From NCBI GenBank assembly GCA_965140635.1, contig OZ223290.1:431-64430 (forward strand): 64,000 nucleotides of DNA. The letters run 5' to 3'. The first letter of the stretch is position 1. The number at the start of each line of letters is the position of its first letter. The translations under genes were made by a program, and so were the position numbers. Below are positions 63,886-64,000 of the stretch, one piece after another. The notes under the pieces were generated by a model. The model was given only the letters and a program-made list of their open reading frames with translations. It had not been told where the DNA came from and ran no database searches. Source of the stretch: an uncultured Bacteroides sp. (GTDB taxonomy: Bacteria > Bacteroidota > Bacteroidia > Bacteroidales > Bacteroidaceae).

Positions 63886-64000
63886 CTATAAATTGCATTA
63901 TTATCGAAGATGAGCCATTGGCAAAAGAAAGACTAGAAGAATACGTAAATAAAGTATCATATCTTGAATTGAAAGAGAGTTTCTCAAGTGGTTTAGATGC
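63882..64000 (+). CDS. Response regulator (probably LytTR), N-terminal part, runs off the window
   Basis: ATGA overlap with the kinase stop; MTINCIIIEDEPLAKERLEEYV receiver start. Confidence 0.9.
   Translation, partial: MTINCIIIEDEPLAKERLEEYVNKVSYLELKESFSSGLD

Noticed and set aside
1-64000. CRISPR array or cas genes
   Set aside because: No regularly spaced direct repeats with unique spacers and no Cas-like ORF were seen.
56906-64000. Integron integrase or phage integrase for the island
   Set aside because: No ORF with tyrosine-recombinase R...HxxR...Y motifs in any listed frame, so the array cannot be called a complete integron from this window.

Overview
AT-rich Bacteroidaceae (Bacteroides-like) chromosomal window. 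Bases 1-56.9 kb are almost all core housekeeping genes in typical Bacteroides synteny: an acyl-CoA carboxylase cluster, MATE, lysS-gpsA-pgi, asnA-ung, lptD-like, amidase-MCE-dnaA, class II RNR, malQ, folB, asnS-rluB-purB, lpxB-surE, parAB-DUF5683-lytic transglycosylase, rel, alaS, a RecD-like helicase, rsmD, cls and aroB, plus tRNA-Arg(CCG) and tRNA-Pro(GGG). After tRNA-Pro the window becomes accessory. It holds a minus-strand operon (an unannotated 28-aa NVEALA-type leader ORF and two beta-propeller lipoproteins), a broken IS256, and from about 60.66 kb an integron-like cassette array. In that array, co-oriented units behind one TTTG/TAnnTTTG promoter are bounded by matching GTT-core and AAC inverse-core sites: GTTAGCC/GGCTAAC, GTTGCCAACC/GGTTGGCAAC, and an opening GTTAGCT. 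The cargo is an HExxH-x18-E metallopeptidase, a degenerate mini-cassette and a LytS/LytTR two-component system. An unannotated IS1182-like remnant sits inside the first attC-like site. No integrase and no CRISPR array are visible in the window. All family assignments come from motif recognition by eye; no database search was run.
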